Under the pieces are notes generated by a model. The model saw nothing but the letters and a program-made list of their open reading frames with translations, was not told the origin of the DNA and did not search any database. Below are positions 26,793 through 36,836 of a stretch of 64,000 nt of DNA, piece after piece. The stretch's first letter is position 1. Every line of letters starts with the position of its first letter. Both the position numbers and the translations under genes were made by a program. Where the stretch lies: the IMG/VR virus record IMGVR_UViG_3300025674_000031; one strand, written 5' to 3'. This stretch comes from a virus.

Positions 26793-27575
26793 ATGGAAAA
26801 AATAAGCTATTCTCAGCTTGACGTATGGAATACATGCCCGCACAAGTACAAGCTACGATACATTGACAATGTAGACAAATTCAGCGTCACCGAGTTCACT
26901 GCTTTTGGTAGAGCAATCCACTCTGCTGCTGAAATGATAGCAAAATCCGATAAGTCGTTTGATGGAGTGCCTCATTTTAATGATGAATTTTTTAAAGAAA
27001 TCAAAGAGGTGAAAGAGTCATATGCTAAAGAAGACAAAGAAATTCGCAAAGATCTTGTCTTGGCGATGCTCGAACAAGGCTCTATCCTGTGTAAGCTTAT
27101 TAGGCCCACACTAGACTCGCATTTCCCAAACTACGAAATCTTCTCAGTAGAGGAAAGGCTGAAGGTTCCAATTGATGGGGAAGATGATGTCGATTTCAAA
27201 GGGTTCGTTGACTTAGTGATAAAAGATCGAAATGGTAGAATTATTATGATCGATTGGAAGTCTTGTTCGTGGGGCTGGGACTCAAAAAAGAGGACCGACA
27301 AAATGAAGGCCTACCAACTAGTTCTCTATAAGCACTTTTTCTCGAAAAAGCACGATATACCCCCTGAGAATATCGATGTGTATTTTGGTCTCCTGAAAAG
27401 GACTGCGAAAAAAGACAATACAGAGCTATTCAAGATAACAAGTGGGTCAAAAAGGGTCAAAAACGCTCTTAAACTTCTTTCAAGCGCCATCTATAATATT
27501 GATTCCGGTTTTCTAATAAAAAACAGAACATCGTGCAGTAGATGCGATTTTTATAAAACAGAGTATTGTAAATGA
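26793..27575 (+). CDS. PD-(D/E)XK exonuclease (RecB/Cas4-like family)
   Basis: ISYSQL..CPHKY, GFVDL, IDWKS, YQL..Y, CSRCDF..C. Confidence 0.85.
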   Translation: MEKISYSQLDVWNTCPHKYKLRYIDNVDKFSVTEFTAFGRAIHSAAEMIAKSDKSFDGVPHFNDEFFKEIKEVKESYAKEDKEIRKDLVLAMLEQGSILCKLIRPTLDSHFPNYEIFSVEERLKVPIDGEDDVDFKGFVDLVIKDRNGRIIMIDWKSCSWGWDSKKRTDKMKAYQLVLYKHFFSKKHDIPPENIDVYFGLLKRTAKKDNTELFKITSGSKRVKNALKLLSSAIYNIDSGFLIKNRTSCSRCDFYKTEYCK

Positions 27576-28825
27576 AAAAAATTAAAGTTATGACAATATC
27601 AGATATGCCGTTTTCGGTTTCTGGCGTTGCTCACCAAACAAAAATCTTTATCGAGTCTCTTCTAAAGACAGGAGAATTTGAGATAGTAAGCTTGGGCGGA
27701 TTATTAAAACACGATAACTATAATCCAATCAAAACAAAAGAATACGGCGACGCTTGGATCACATACCCAGTTGATAAATTTGGAACTCCAGACATTGTTA
27801 GAACAGTCATCAAGATGCACAAGCCAGATGTTTTATGGTTTATGACAGACCCAAGATATTTTGAGTGGCTATGGGCTATCGAGGATGAGATTCGACCCTT
27901 AATGCCTATGGTTTATTATCATGTCTGGGATAACCACCCAGCGCCATTGTTTAACAAGCCATACTATGACTCAACAGATAAAATTGTAACCATTTCTAAG
28001 GTAACTGATGAGATTGTTTCTGAGGTATCCCCTGAAACGGATAGAGAATACCTTCCTCATTCAGTCCATAGTGAGGTCTTTAAGGCCCATACGGACGAGG
28101 TCGTAGACAAACTCAGAACAGATAATCTCAAAGAAGACAAAGATAAGTTTATTTTCTTCTGGAATAATAGAAACGCCAGAAGAAAGCTGGCTGGCACAGT
28201 CATTTATTGGTTTGGTAAGTTCTTGGATGAAGTAGGGCACGATAAGGCAAAATTATTAATGCACACGGAGCCTCACGATCCAAACGGTCCAAACCTTACT
28301 GATATTTTATCTAGATTTGGCTTGGATAAGGGGCAGGTTTCTTTTTCAACCACTAAAATGCCTCCTGAGCAGCTAGCAATGATGTATAACCTTGCAGATT
28401 GTACAATAAACATTTCTGATGCTGAAGGCTTTGGATTATCGACGCTTGAGTCTTTATCCTGTGAACGCCCCGTCATTGTTAACAAGACGGGCGGCCTGAA
28501 AGAGCAAATAACAGATGGAAAGTGCGAGTTCGGTGTTGGCATTGACCCTGCCTCGCAGATCATCGTGGGCACTCAGAACGTGCCATATATCTATGAAGAT
28601 CGTGTAGCCGAGAGGGACTTTGTTGCTGCTCTCAAGAAGATGTATGAGATGTCTCCTGAGGATCGAAGAGAGTTAGGAAGAAAGGGCCGTGCTCATGTAG
28701 TAAAGAACTATAATTTTGAGAATATTGTAAAGCGCTGGCCGGAACTCATTAAAGAGATCCATAAGAAATATGGATCATGGGATACAAGAAAGGGTTATGC
28801 ACTTTGGGAACTAAAAGAGGTATAA
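27572..28825 (+). CDS. GT-B (GT4) glycosyltransferase
   Basis: NNRNARRK, AEGFGLSTLE..PVI..GG..E. Confidence 0.85.
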   Translation: MKKIKVMTISDMPFSVSGVAHQTKIFIESLLKTGEFEIVSLGGLLKHDNYNPIKTKEYGDAWITYPVDKFGTPDIVRTVIKMHKPDVLWFMTDPRYFEWLWAIEDEIRPLMPMVYYHVWDNHPAPLFNKPYYDSTDKIVTISKVTDEIVSEVSPETDREYLPHSVHSEVFKAHTDEVVDKLRTDNLKEDKDKFIFFWNNRNARRKLAGTVIYWFGKFLDEVGHDKAKLLMHTEPHDPNGPNLTDILSRFGLDKGQVSFSTTKMPPEQLAMMYNLADCTINISDAEGFGLSTLESLSCERPVIVNKTGGLKEQITDGKCEFGVGIDPASQIIVGTQNVPYIYEDRVAERDFVAALKKMYEMSPEDRRELGRKGRAHVVKNYNFENIVKRWPELIKEIHKKYGSWDTRKGYALWELKEV

Positions 28826-28826
28826 G

Positions 28827-30824
28827 ATGAAAAAGAGAGTATTGTTAACAGGCCCCATTCTTACGCATTCCGGCTATGGCGAGCACGCCCGGTTTGTGTG
28901 GCGTGCTTTGAAAGCCCGGCCCGACCTTTTTGATGTATATGTTAAACCTGTTAATTGGGGCCAATCCGCTTGGATGTGGGATAGCACCCCAGAGCGACAA
29001 GCGATTGACGAAGATATTGCCCGCACCGCAGCATCGGTTCAACAGGGAAAACTCATGATTGATTTGAATATCATGGTTACGATTGCTCCTGAGTTTAAAG
29101 CTTATCATGTGCCTAATTGTACTAACATTGGAGTGACTGCTGGTATCGAAACAGATAAGGTGGCTCCAGAATGGCTAGCTCAGATCAATGAAATCTGCGA
29201 TAAAGTTATCGTACCCTCGGAGTTCGCAAAAGAAAGCATTATAAATGCAGTCTACGAAGCTAAAGACCAGTTCGGCAATGAATTAGCTCTTAAGTGTGAG
29301 AAGCCAGTTGAAGTTGCACACTACCCCGTAAAAGAATACAAAAATGTCGATCTTAGTCTAGATCTAACCACAGATTTTAACTTTTTATGTGTTGCACAGT
29401 GGTCTCCAAGAAAAAACATTCGAGAAACGCTCCGTGCGTTTTTAGAACAATTCAAGAATGATTCAGGGGTTGGGCTGATTCTAAAAACACAGAAGCTGAG
29501 AAATTCCACTCTTGATCGTTACCATGTTAGCAAAGACATAAAAGAGGTAAAGGATGAATATCCTGATGCAAAGTGCAAAGTCTATCTCTTACATGGATAC
29601 TTGACCAACGATGAGATGCACTCTCTTTATATGAATGATAAGGTTAAGGCGATTGTGAACTTTGGTCATGGCGAAGGTTATGGCCTGCCTCTTTTTGAGG
29701 CAGCGTATTGTGGTTTACCTGTGATAACTCATGATTTTGGTGGTCAAAAGGATTTCCTTTATGCTCCTAAAGGAAAGGATGCCAAAAAGCGTTCTTTCTT
29801 CACAAAGGTACCTTACAAGCTGGACAAAGTAGATCAGGCCGCAGTTTCTCAGAACTTAATTCATCCTGATATGTCTTGGGCATACCCAAACTTTTTTGCA
29901 TGTAAGAAGGCAATGGAGGATGTACACAAGAACTACGGCCTTGCAAAATCTAAGGCTGATAAGCTTAAAGAGTGGGTTTGTGAAGAGTTTGAAGAGGCTA
30001 GAAAATACAATAAATTCTTAAGATTAATCTTAAAAGATCAAGATTTCTTTGATTATTCTGATATAGAAGTAAAAGATCTTCCAAAGATTTCATTTATAAC
30101 ATCTATGTTTAATAGTGAAGAATTTTTTGAAGGATTTATGCAAGATATTACAAGACAAACCATCTTTAAAGACAAGTGTGAGCTTGTATTGGTAAATTGC
30201 GCCTCAGAACAAAATGAAGACGAGCTAGTTAAGCCTTGGCTAGACAAATACCCAAACAACATCAAGTATATCAAATTGGATAAAGATCCGGGTATCTATG
30301 CAGCTTGGAATTTAGCAATTAAAGAATCAAGTGGTGAGTTTGTATCAAACGCCAATATGGATGATAGAAAGTCTCCTGAATTTGCAGAGAAACTAGCAAA
30401 ATATCTATATGCACATAAAGATGTAGATTGTGTATATACAGAAAACCTCTTAACCAAGAAGCCAAATGAGACATTTGAAGAAAATTCATCAAATGGACAA
30501 GTCTATCCAGCAGAAGAGTTTTCTAAGGATGCAATGCTGAGAGGGAATCCTCCACACTGTATGCCTATGTGGAGAAAATCTCTTCACAATGATGATAATT
30601 ACTTCTGTGAAGAATATAGATCAGCAAGCGATTGGGATTTTTGGCTAAAATGCACATTCTCAGGGTCTAGATTTAAGAAAGTAGGAGAGCCTCTTGGTTT
30701 ATATTATTTTAATCCTAAAGGCATGAGTACTGATAAAGAAAATAGTAAATGGAAAAGAGAAGAAGAGAGAAAGATATTTAAAGAATATCTTAGAAAATTT
30801 AGAGAAGGAGTACAAGGTGCTTAA
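28827..30824 (+). CDS. Fused GT4 and GT2-like glycosyltransferase
   Basis: N-terminal QWSPRKN..GEGYGLPLFEA; C-terminal ISFITSM..GIYAAWN..NANMDD..DWDFW. Confidence 0.85.
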   Translation: MKKRVLLTGPILTHSGYGEHARFVWRALKARPDLFDVYVKPVNWGQSAWMWDSTPERQAIDEDIARTAASVQQGKLMIDLNIMVTIAPEFKAYHVPNCTNIGVTAGIETDKVAPEWLAQINEICDKVIVPSEFAKESIINAVYEAKDQFGNELALKCEKPVEVAHYPVKEYKNVDLSLDLTTDFNFLCVAQWSPRKNIRETLRAFLEQFKNDSGVGLILKTQKLRNSTLDRYHVSKDIKEVKDEYPDAKCKVYLLHGYLTNDEMHSLYMNDKVKAIVNFGHGEGYGLPLFEAAYCGLPVITHDFGGQKDFLYAPKGKDAKKRSFFTKVPYKLDKVDQAAVSQNLIHPDMSWAYPNFFACKKAMEDVHKNYGLAKSKADKLKEWVCEEFEEARKYNKFLRLILKDQDFFDYSDIEVKDLPKISFITSMFNSEEFFEGFMQDITRQTIFKDKCELVLVNCASEQNEDELVKPWLDKYPNNIKYIKLDKDPGIYAAWNLAIKESSGEFVSNANMDDRKSPEFAEKLAKYLYAHKDVDCVYTENLLTKKPNETFEENSSNGQVYPAEEFSKDAMLRGNPPHCMPMWRKSLHNDDNYFCEEYRSASDWDFWLKCTFSGSRFKKVGEPLGLYYFNPKGMSTDKENSKWKREEERKIFKEYLRKFREGVQGA

Positions 30825-31494
30825 TAAGACAATAGCTTTTTCTTTATGGGGAAACAATCCAAAATATACTGCCGGTGCAATTAAAAATGCTGAATTGTCT
30901 AGTAAATTTTATACTGACTGGAAGCAGAAATATTATATAGGAAGCTCAGTCCCAAATCAGATAGTTTATTTATTAGAAGAATTTTCCAATGTTGAAATAA
31001 TAGAGAAGGAAGGTTTAGAAGATTGGACATCTTTATTTTGGAGGTTTGAAGCATCATATGATGATGATAGTGATGTAGTAATTTTTAGAGATACAGATTC
31101 TAGACTTTCATTAAGAGAAGAATTGGCAGTAAAAGAATGGCTTGATAGCGACAAGACTTTTCATATTATGAGAGATCACCCTTATCATAAATTTCCTATC
31201 CTAGGAGGTATGTGGGGCTTAAAGAAAAGTAAAAAATATAATTTACAAAATATATTAGAAAGATTTATAAAAGAACAAGCTTTTGATAAATACGGAACAG
31301 ATTATGAATTCTTAGGTAATATACTGTATCCAAAAATTATTGAGGATGTATTAATTCATGATGAATTTTTTTCGAATAATCCCTTTCCAAGCAAAAGAAG
31401 AGATGGCCACTATGTAGGAAAACCTTTTGAATATGATGATAGGCCTTCTTTGCCAGAAGCAGAGTTAAAACGATTCGGGATTTATTTTGAATAA
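30817..31494 (+). CDS. Putative GT-A-fold glycan biosynthesis protein
   Basis: IAFSLWG, FWRF, FRDTDSR, MRDHPYH..ILGGMWG. Confidence 0.6.
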   Translation: MLNKTIAFSLWGNNPKYTAGAIKNAELSSKFYTDWKQKYYIGSSVPNQIVYLLEEFSNVEIIEKEGLEDWTSLFWRFEASYDDDSDVVIFRDTDSRLSLREELAVKEWLDSDKTFHIMRDHPYHKFPILGGMWGLKKSKKYNLQNILERFIKEQAFDKYGTDYEFLGNILYPKIIEDVLIHDEFFSNNPFPSKRRDGHYVGKPFEYDDRPSLPEAELKRFGIYFE

Positions 31495-31562
31495 TTCTGT
31501 GTAGAAAATGTGAATGTGCAAGAGAAATATCGGTTAGCAAAAAAAGTAAGGATATAAATAAA

Positions 31563-32438
31563 ATGAAAATAGATAAGATAGTTTTTTGTTCGTCAGAAGA
31601 ATTTAGTCCTTTTTGGAATTTACAATCTTTTGTTTGGAAAGAAGTTTTAAATATTGAGCCTGTTTGTATTTTATGGGGAAAAGTTAAAAACACAAACATG
31701 AGTGACAAGTACGGAACTATTATTGAAAAGAGCTATAATAATAAATTAGTGAAATCATTTCAGTTAACATGGAGCAAATTTTATCACACAAAAACAGAGC
31801 CTGAAACAACATGGTTAATAGGTGATATAGATCTATTACCACTACAAAAAGAACTGTTTACTAGCACAATAGACGACCTTGATGAGAATATTTACACACA
31901 CTTAGCTTCAAATGTTGTAACAAACCAAAAATTTGAACACGCAGGCGGTTGGTTACCTGCATATTATCATGCTGCAAAGGGAAAAACATTTGATAAGGCT
32001 TTGTCACTAAGTGAGCATTCTTTTGATGAACAAATAAAACTTGTCACTTCAGATGAAAGATTTTTTTATTCCAAGCAGGAAGCGATGAAAATGTTTGGAC
32101 ATCGGAGCGGCAATAAAGTAAGAATAGATGAAAATGAATATCCATTTTGGTTAGCCGACGAAAGGTACAGTAGTTATAAAATATTTGATAATCATAAAAG
32201 AGGGGTGATAAATTTTCAAACAGCTATTGAATATCAAATTTGTCATCATAGCTCTGCCGCACAGACAAGAATAGATAGAGCTAGCTTTCGAAATGGGCTT
32301 TACACAAACTATAATGAACTTATGTTATTAAATAACAAGCTGATTGATATACATTGTCATAGACCTTTTGAAGAACAAAAAAAATCATTATATGAAATAA
32401 TTGGGAAAGCTTTTGAAGTATCAATAAAAGATGAATAA
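31563..32438 (+). CDS. Putative GT-A-like protein
   Basis: GDIDLLP DxD motif and cluster context. Confidence 0.45.
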   Translation: MKIDKIVFCSSEEFSPFWNLQSFVWKEVLNIEPVCILWGKVKNTNMSDKYGTIIEKSYNNKLVKSFQLTWSKFYHTKTEPETTWLIGDIDLLPLQKELFTSTIDDLDENIYTHLASNVVTNQKFEHAGGWLPAYYHAAKGKTFDKALSLSEHSFDEQIKLVTSDERFFYSKQEAMKMFGHRSGNKVRIDENEYPFWLADERYSSYKIFDNHKRGVINFQTAIEYQICHHSSAAQTRIDRASFRNGLYTNYNELMLLNNKLIDIHCHRPFEEQKKSLYEIIGKAFEVSIKDE

Positions 32439-33765
32439 AATAATATCAATTTCTGGACCCTCTGGTGTAGGAAAAACAACAATTTCAAACTTAATTATGT
32501 CTGTACTTGACGCAGGCAGCACTACTATTATTAGTGGTGATGATGCACACAGGTGGGAAAGGGGTAACGATAATTGGAAAAAATTTACACATCTCAATCC
32601 TGCGGCAAATAATATTGAACAAGACTTTAAACAATTATTAGATCTAAAAAACAATAAACAAATTAAAAGAAGGCATTACAATCATAATACTGGCATGTTT
32701 GATAGTCCAGAGATTATAATTCCTAAAAAAAATATAATTTATGAAGGCTTGCATGGACTATATTTAAAAGAGATCAGAGGCCTTTCAGATATAAAAATTT
32801 ATGTTGATACCGATGAAGACCTAAAGATTGCTTGGAAGATGAAGCGAGATATGGAGAAGAGGGGCTATACCGAAGAACAGGTAATGATCGCAATTCAACG
32901 TCGTCACGACGACGAGCAAAAATATATTGTTCCTCAAAAAAAATATGCTGATGCGGTAGTTAAATTTACTTTTTGTGGAACGGAAGTGGGTTTTAATTTT
33001 GAAACAAGCAATAAAGAGTGCGAAAAGTTATTGGAAAAAGTAAAAACTTTTTATTATTTAAAAAAAGAGTTTATAAAAACCTGTATTTCGTTGTCCCAAG
33101 ATCAAAATTTAGTACAAAATAAGGGCGGTAATGTTTCATTTAAATACGAAGACAAAATAATAATTACTTCGTCAGGAGTGGAGCTAAACAAAGTATCCAT
33201 CTTTGACGGGTCGTGCATTGTTTCATTGCGGGATAAGAACGAACTCATTTTCAAAAATGGTCGCCCCTCTCTTGAATTAGACTCACACATTAATTTGAAA
33301 AACAGTGTTGTTCATGCCCACCCCAAAAATCTTTTAGTGTTGCTTTGTAGTAATGAGGCAAGACAAAAAATCAAAGATTTATTTTCGATGTTTAAATATG
33401 ATTATATTGAATATGTTGCACCCGGTGCTGAATTAGCTCAAAGAATGAAAACCTGCAAAGAAGAAATCATTTTCTGCGAGAACCACGGTGTCTTTATTTC
33501 AAGTGAAAATCTTGAGAATTGTTTTGATTTATTAAAGAAAATAGAAAAAATAGCAAAAGATAGTCTTGTAGAAACAGGGCTTCAACTTGAATGTCCCGGT
33601 CATTTGTTTCCTGATAGTGCTGTTTTGCAAAAAAAGAATAAAAGTTTTAATAATTTATTATATAGTATAATCGTGTCCAACAATATGACTGCCAAACTTT
33701 TAAATAATGAACAGGTAGAAAAGTTATTGAACATGGAAGGTGAAAAATACAGGAGCGGTGTATGA
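32431..33765 (+). CDS. Uridine kinase/PRK-like P-loop kinase fused to a class II aldolase domain
   Basis: GPSGVGKT, YEGLH, WKMKRD..RG; GGNVS, PSLE..H, VHAHP, ENHGV. Confidence 0.8.
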   Translation: MNKIISISGPSGVGKTTISNLIMSVLDAGSTTIISGDDAHRWERGNDNWKKFTHLNPAANNIEQDFKQLLDLKNNKQIKRRHYNHNTGMFDSPEIIIPKKNIIYEGLHGLYLKEIRGLSDIKIYVDTDEDLKIAWKMKRDMEKRGYTEEQVMIAIQRRHDDEQKYIVPQKKYADAVVKFTFCGTEVGFNFETSNKECEKLLEKVKTFYYLKKEFIKTCISLSQDQNLVQNKGGNVSFKYEDKIIITSSGVELNKVSIFDGSCIVSLRDKNELIFKNGRPSLELDSHINLKNSVVHAHPKNLLVLLCSNEARQKIKDLFSMFKYDYIEYVAPGAELAQRMKTCKEEIIFCENHGVFISSENLENCFDLLKKIEKIAKDSLVETGLQLECPGHLFPDSAVLQKKNKSFNNLLYSIIVSNNMTAKLLNNEQVEKLLNMEGEKYRSGV

Positions 33766-34589
33766 AGGTGATAATCCCAATGGCTGGAATGGGCGACAGA
33801 TTTGCTCAGAGAGGCTATAAAGACCCAAAGCCTCTTATAAAGGTAGGGGACAAAAGAATAATAGAATATATTTTAGATTTATTCTCCAAAGAAGATGAAA
33901 TAGTTTTCATCTGTAATGAAAAACACCTAAATGAAACAAACATTAAAAATGTTCTTTCTAAACTAAGACCAGATTCAAAAATTGTTTCAATAGGTCAGCA
34001 CAAAAAAGGGCCTGTCTATACTGTCAAGCCTCATTATGATTTAATCGATGACAGCGAAGAGGTGTTGGTTTGTTATTGTGACAATCCATTTATTTGGAAC
34101 CGATCAGATTTTATTTTACAGGTTAGAGAAAATGATTATGATGGTTGTATCCTAACACACACCGGAATACACCCACACACTCTAAATTCTACCAAAATGG
34201 CTTTTTTGAAGGTGGACGGAAAGAGAGTTTTAGAAATAAAAGAAAAGGAGTGTTATACGGACGATCCGATGAGTGAGCACGCATCAACAGGGGCATATTA
34301 TTTTAAAAGTGGTAAAATTTTAAAAAAATATTTTGATAAGCTTATGAGCCTAGACATAAACTATGGTGGAGAGTATTATGTAACCCTTGTTTATAATTTA
34401 TTAATTGAGAGTGGATTAAAAGTAGGCTATTATGATACTGAATTTGTAACAGTCTTTGGCACTCCTGATGAATTAGAGAGCTTTGAAGCTTGGAAGACTA
34501 TTTTATCATCTGGGCAAGTCAAGAGTGAGGCAGACGCCGTTTCTTGTTACAATTATTGGAAGAGGTATCATGAAAACGATTTATGTTGA
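33762..34589 (+). CDS. Sugar-phosphate nucleotidyltransferase (NTP_transferase)
   Basis: IIPMAGMGDRF..PKPLI, CYCD, TGAYYF, GEYYV. Confidence 0.85.
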   Translation: MKVIIPMAGMGDRFAQRGYKDPKPLIKVGDKRIIEYILDLFSKEDEIVFICNEKHLNETNIKNVLSKLRPDSKIVSIGQHKKGPVYTVKPHYDLIDDSEEVLVCYCDNPFIWNRSDFILQVRENDYDGCILTHTGIHPHTLNSTKMAFLKVDGKRVLEIKEKECYTDDPMSEHASTGAYYFKSGKILKKYFDKLMSLDINYGGEYYVTLVYNLLIESGLKVGYYDTEFVTVFGTPDELESFEAWKTILSSGQVKSEADAVSCYNYWKRYHENDLC

Positions 34590-34881
34590 TATAGATGAAA
34601 CAATTTGTTTTTACGAACAAGAGCACGAACTGGACAGTAAAAAAGATTATTCTTTAGCTATTCCAAATTTTACTAATATTGAAAAAATTAATAAACTATA
34701 CGACAATGGAAATAGAATTGTTTATTGGACTGCTAGGGGAAGTAGAAGCGGAATAGATTGGCATGATTTTACAGAAAAACAATTGAAAGAGTGGGGTGCA
34801 AAGTTTAATTTATTAAAATGCGATAAACCCTATTATGATATTTTTATAGACGATAGAAACAAGAGGATAGAGGAAATATAA
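34570..34881 (+). CDS. HAD-like (capsule biosynthesis-type) phosphatase
   Basis: Start ATG 34570; YVDIDETI, WTARG, KPYYDIFIDD. Confidence 0.8.
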   Translation: MKTIYVDIDETICFYEQEHELDSKKDYSLAIPNFTNIEKINKLYDNGNRIVYWTARGSRSGIDWHDFTEKQLKEWGAKFNLLKCDKPYYDIFIDDRNKRIEEI

Positions 34882-35342
34882 TGATTATAATTTCACATCG
34901 TGGTAACTTAAACGGGATAGATCTAGAAAGAGAAAACAATCCATATTTTATTGATGATTGTATTTCAAAAGGCTTTGATGTTGAGATAGATTTAAGAACT
35001 AAAGAAAATAAACTTTTTTTAGGACATGATTTTCCCCAATACGAAGTTGATATTGATTGGCTTTTGAAGAGAAAAAAGAATCTATGGATTCATGTAAAGG
35101 AATATGGCGCATTGAATCTTATAATGCCTTACAGAAACGAACTAACATTTTTTTGCCACGAAAAAGATAAATTTACTCTATTAAGTAATGGAAAAATATG
35201 GTCTCACGATCTGGAAAATGAAATGAGTAATGACTGTGTGGTTCCTCTGTTGTCCTTGAAAGAAGTATTACAATATAAACACAAACATTTTTATGCTGTT
35301 TGCACTGACTATGTTTATGAGTGTGAAAAAAAATTTTTATAA
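34881..35342 (+). CDS. GDPD/PLC-like phosphodiesterase-fold protein
   Basis: ISHRGN..EN..GFDVEID..GHD..HVK. Confidence 0.75.
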   Translation: MIIISHRGNLNGIDLERENNPYFIDDCISKGFDVEIDLRTKENKLFLGHDFPQYEVDIDWLLKRKKNLWIHVKEYGALNLIMPYRNELTFFCHEKDKFTLLSNGKIWSHDLENEMSNDCVVPLLSLKEVLQYKHKHFYAVCTDYVYECEKKFL

Positions 35343-35366
35343 AACAAAGGAAATAATAATTAAAAA

Positions 35367-36161
35367 ATGAATATTGGAAAATTATTTGAAGGAACAAAAA
35401 TAGCTTGTTATGGATTGTGTTCGTGCTGTAATCAAGTTGACTTTATAAGTAAAAATATAATAAATAATAATTGTTGGGAACCAAACATTACATCATTATT
35501 TATAGAACTCTTAAAAGGCAAAAGTGATAACATTGTTTTTGATGTAGGGTGTAACATAGGATATTTCAGTTTAATTTCTGCAAAATATAGTTCTAAAGTT
35601 TATTCATTTGATGCAAATGAACAAAACATTAATCTTTTGAATTTATCAAAAAAAATTAATAACATTAATAATATAGAAGTAAAAAATGTGGCAATTGTAG
35701 ATAACATAAAAAGTTTTTATAAAACAGATAAAATTCACGAACATAATGTTGGTTCATTAAAAATTGTCGAATGTTCGAAGGAACAATCAAATTTAGAATC
35801 AGTTGAGCTTGATTCGTTTATAGAGAGGGAAGGGCTTAAAAAAATTGATTTAATTAAAATAGACATTGAAGGCACCGAACTTTCTTGCTTGAGAGGATTA
35901 AAAAAGTCCTTAGACAACAAAATTATAAAAAATGTTATTATAGAAATAACGCCACTTTGGAGTGTTGAAGAAAGTAAAAAGATATTACAATTTTTAAAAG
36001 ATAAAGATTACAATTTATTTAATGCAGGATTAAATGAAACAGGACAATACTCTGATCAGACAAACTATTTAGACTTTTGTTTTAATAATAAAATTAATAA
36101 TATAGACAAATTTATAAAGACAATTAAAGTTCAAACAAACATATTAGCGGTAGCAAAATGA
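35367..36161 (+). CDS. FkbM-family methyltransferase
   Basis: FDVGCNIGYF, IKIDIEGTE. Confidence 0.85.
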   Translation: MNIGKLFEGTKIACYGLCSCCNQVDFISKNIINNNCWEPNITSLFIELLKGKSDNIVFDVGCNIGYFSLISAKYSSKVYSFDANEQNINLLNLSKKINNINNIEVKNVAIVDNIKSFYKTDKIHEHNVGSLKIVECSKEQSNLESVELDSFIEREGLKKIDLIKIDIEGTELSCLRGLKKSLDNKIIKNVIIEITPLWSVEESKKILQFLKDKDYNLFNAGLNETGQYSDQTNYLDFCFNNKINNIDKFIKTIKVQTNILAVAK

Positions 36162-36835
36162 AGTTTGCAGTTTTATTGTCCGGTCATGTTAGAGACTCTC
36201 TAAAACATGACAATGTAAAAAAAATAATAAAAGCTATTGAAAAAAAAGGAGAGTGCGATGTTTATTGTTGGACATTTTATAATAAAGACCACTCAACAAA
36301 AACATGGTATCAGCAGGATAGGCAACTTCAAAACGAGAAGATAAATCTTTACGATCTAAAAAATTTTTTAAATTTTAAAAAAATAAAAATTTCTAAAGAA
36401 AAGAAGTACACAAAACAAGAAATAAACAATTTGTGGGGTAAATCACCGGTTTCTTTTGTTGGTGTTAAATCAATGTATAATGGTATTTTTGAGTGTTTAA
36501 AGTTGTTAGAGCAAAAATACGATTATGTTTTTAGAATGCGATTTGACTACCATAAATTTAACTATGCAAACTATACAAGGGACATTCTTGACTTGTTGTC
36601 AAAAATTGATTTTTTTGATAATTCTGTAAATTCTGTTAAAGTTAAAAATAGTAGGGGAGAGGATTGTTTTTTTTATTCAAGTCAAAAAAATTTTACAAAA
36701 ATTTTAGAATACATTATAATAAATTTTGATAAAATAGAGTCTGAAATAAAAAAATTAAATTATTATTTTATGCCAGAAGATTTATTACTCTACTCTTGTA
36801 AAAAACAAAATATAATTTATAAGGTTCATAACTAA
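36158..36835 (+). CDS. Hypothetical glycan biosynthesis protein
   Basis: AVLLSGHVR, YVFRMRFD; cluster context. Confidence 0.5.
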   Translation: MKFAVLLSGHVRDSLKHDNVKKIIKAIEKKGECDVYCWTFYNKDHSTKTWYQQDRQLQNEKINLYDLKNFLNFKKIKISKEKKYTKQEINNLWGKSPVSFVGVKSMYNGIFECLKLLEQKYDYVFRMRFDYHKFNYANYTRDILDLLSKIDFFDNSVNSVKVKNSRGEDCFFYSSQKNFTKILEYIIINFDKIESEIKKLNYYFMPEDLLLYSCKKQNIIYKVHN

Positions 36836-36836
36836 A

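Noticed and set aside
26793-27575. Cas4 of a CRISPR system
   Set aside because: No other cas genes or array are present; stand-alone PD-(D/E)XK exonucleases are common in phages.
31553-31560. Exact T4 late promoter TATAAATA
   Set aside because: It is a single instance in the most AT-rich region and only 2 nt from the ATG, so chance is likely.
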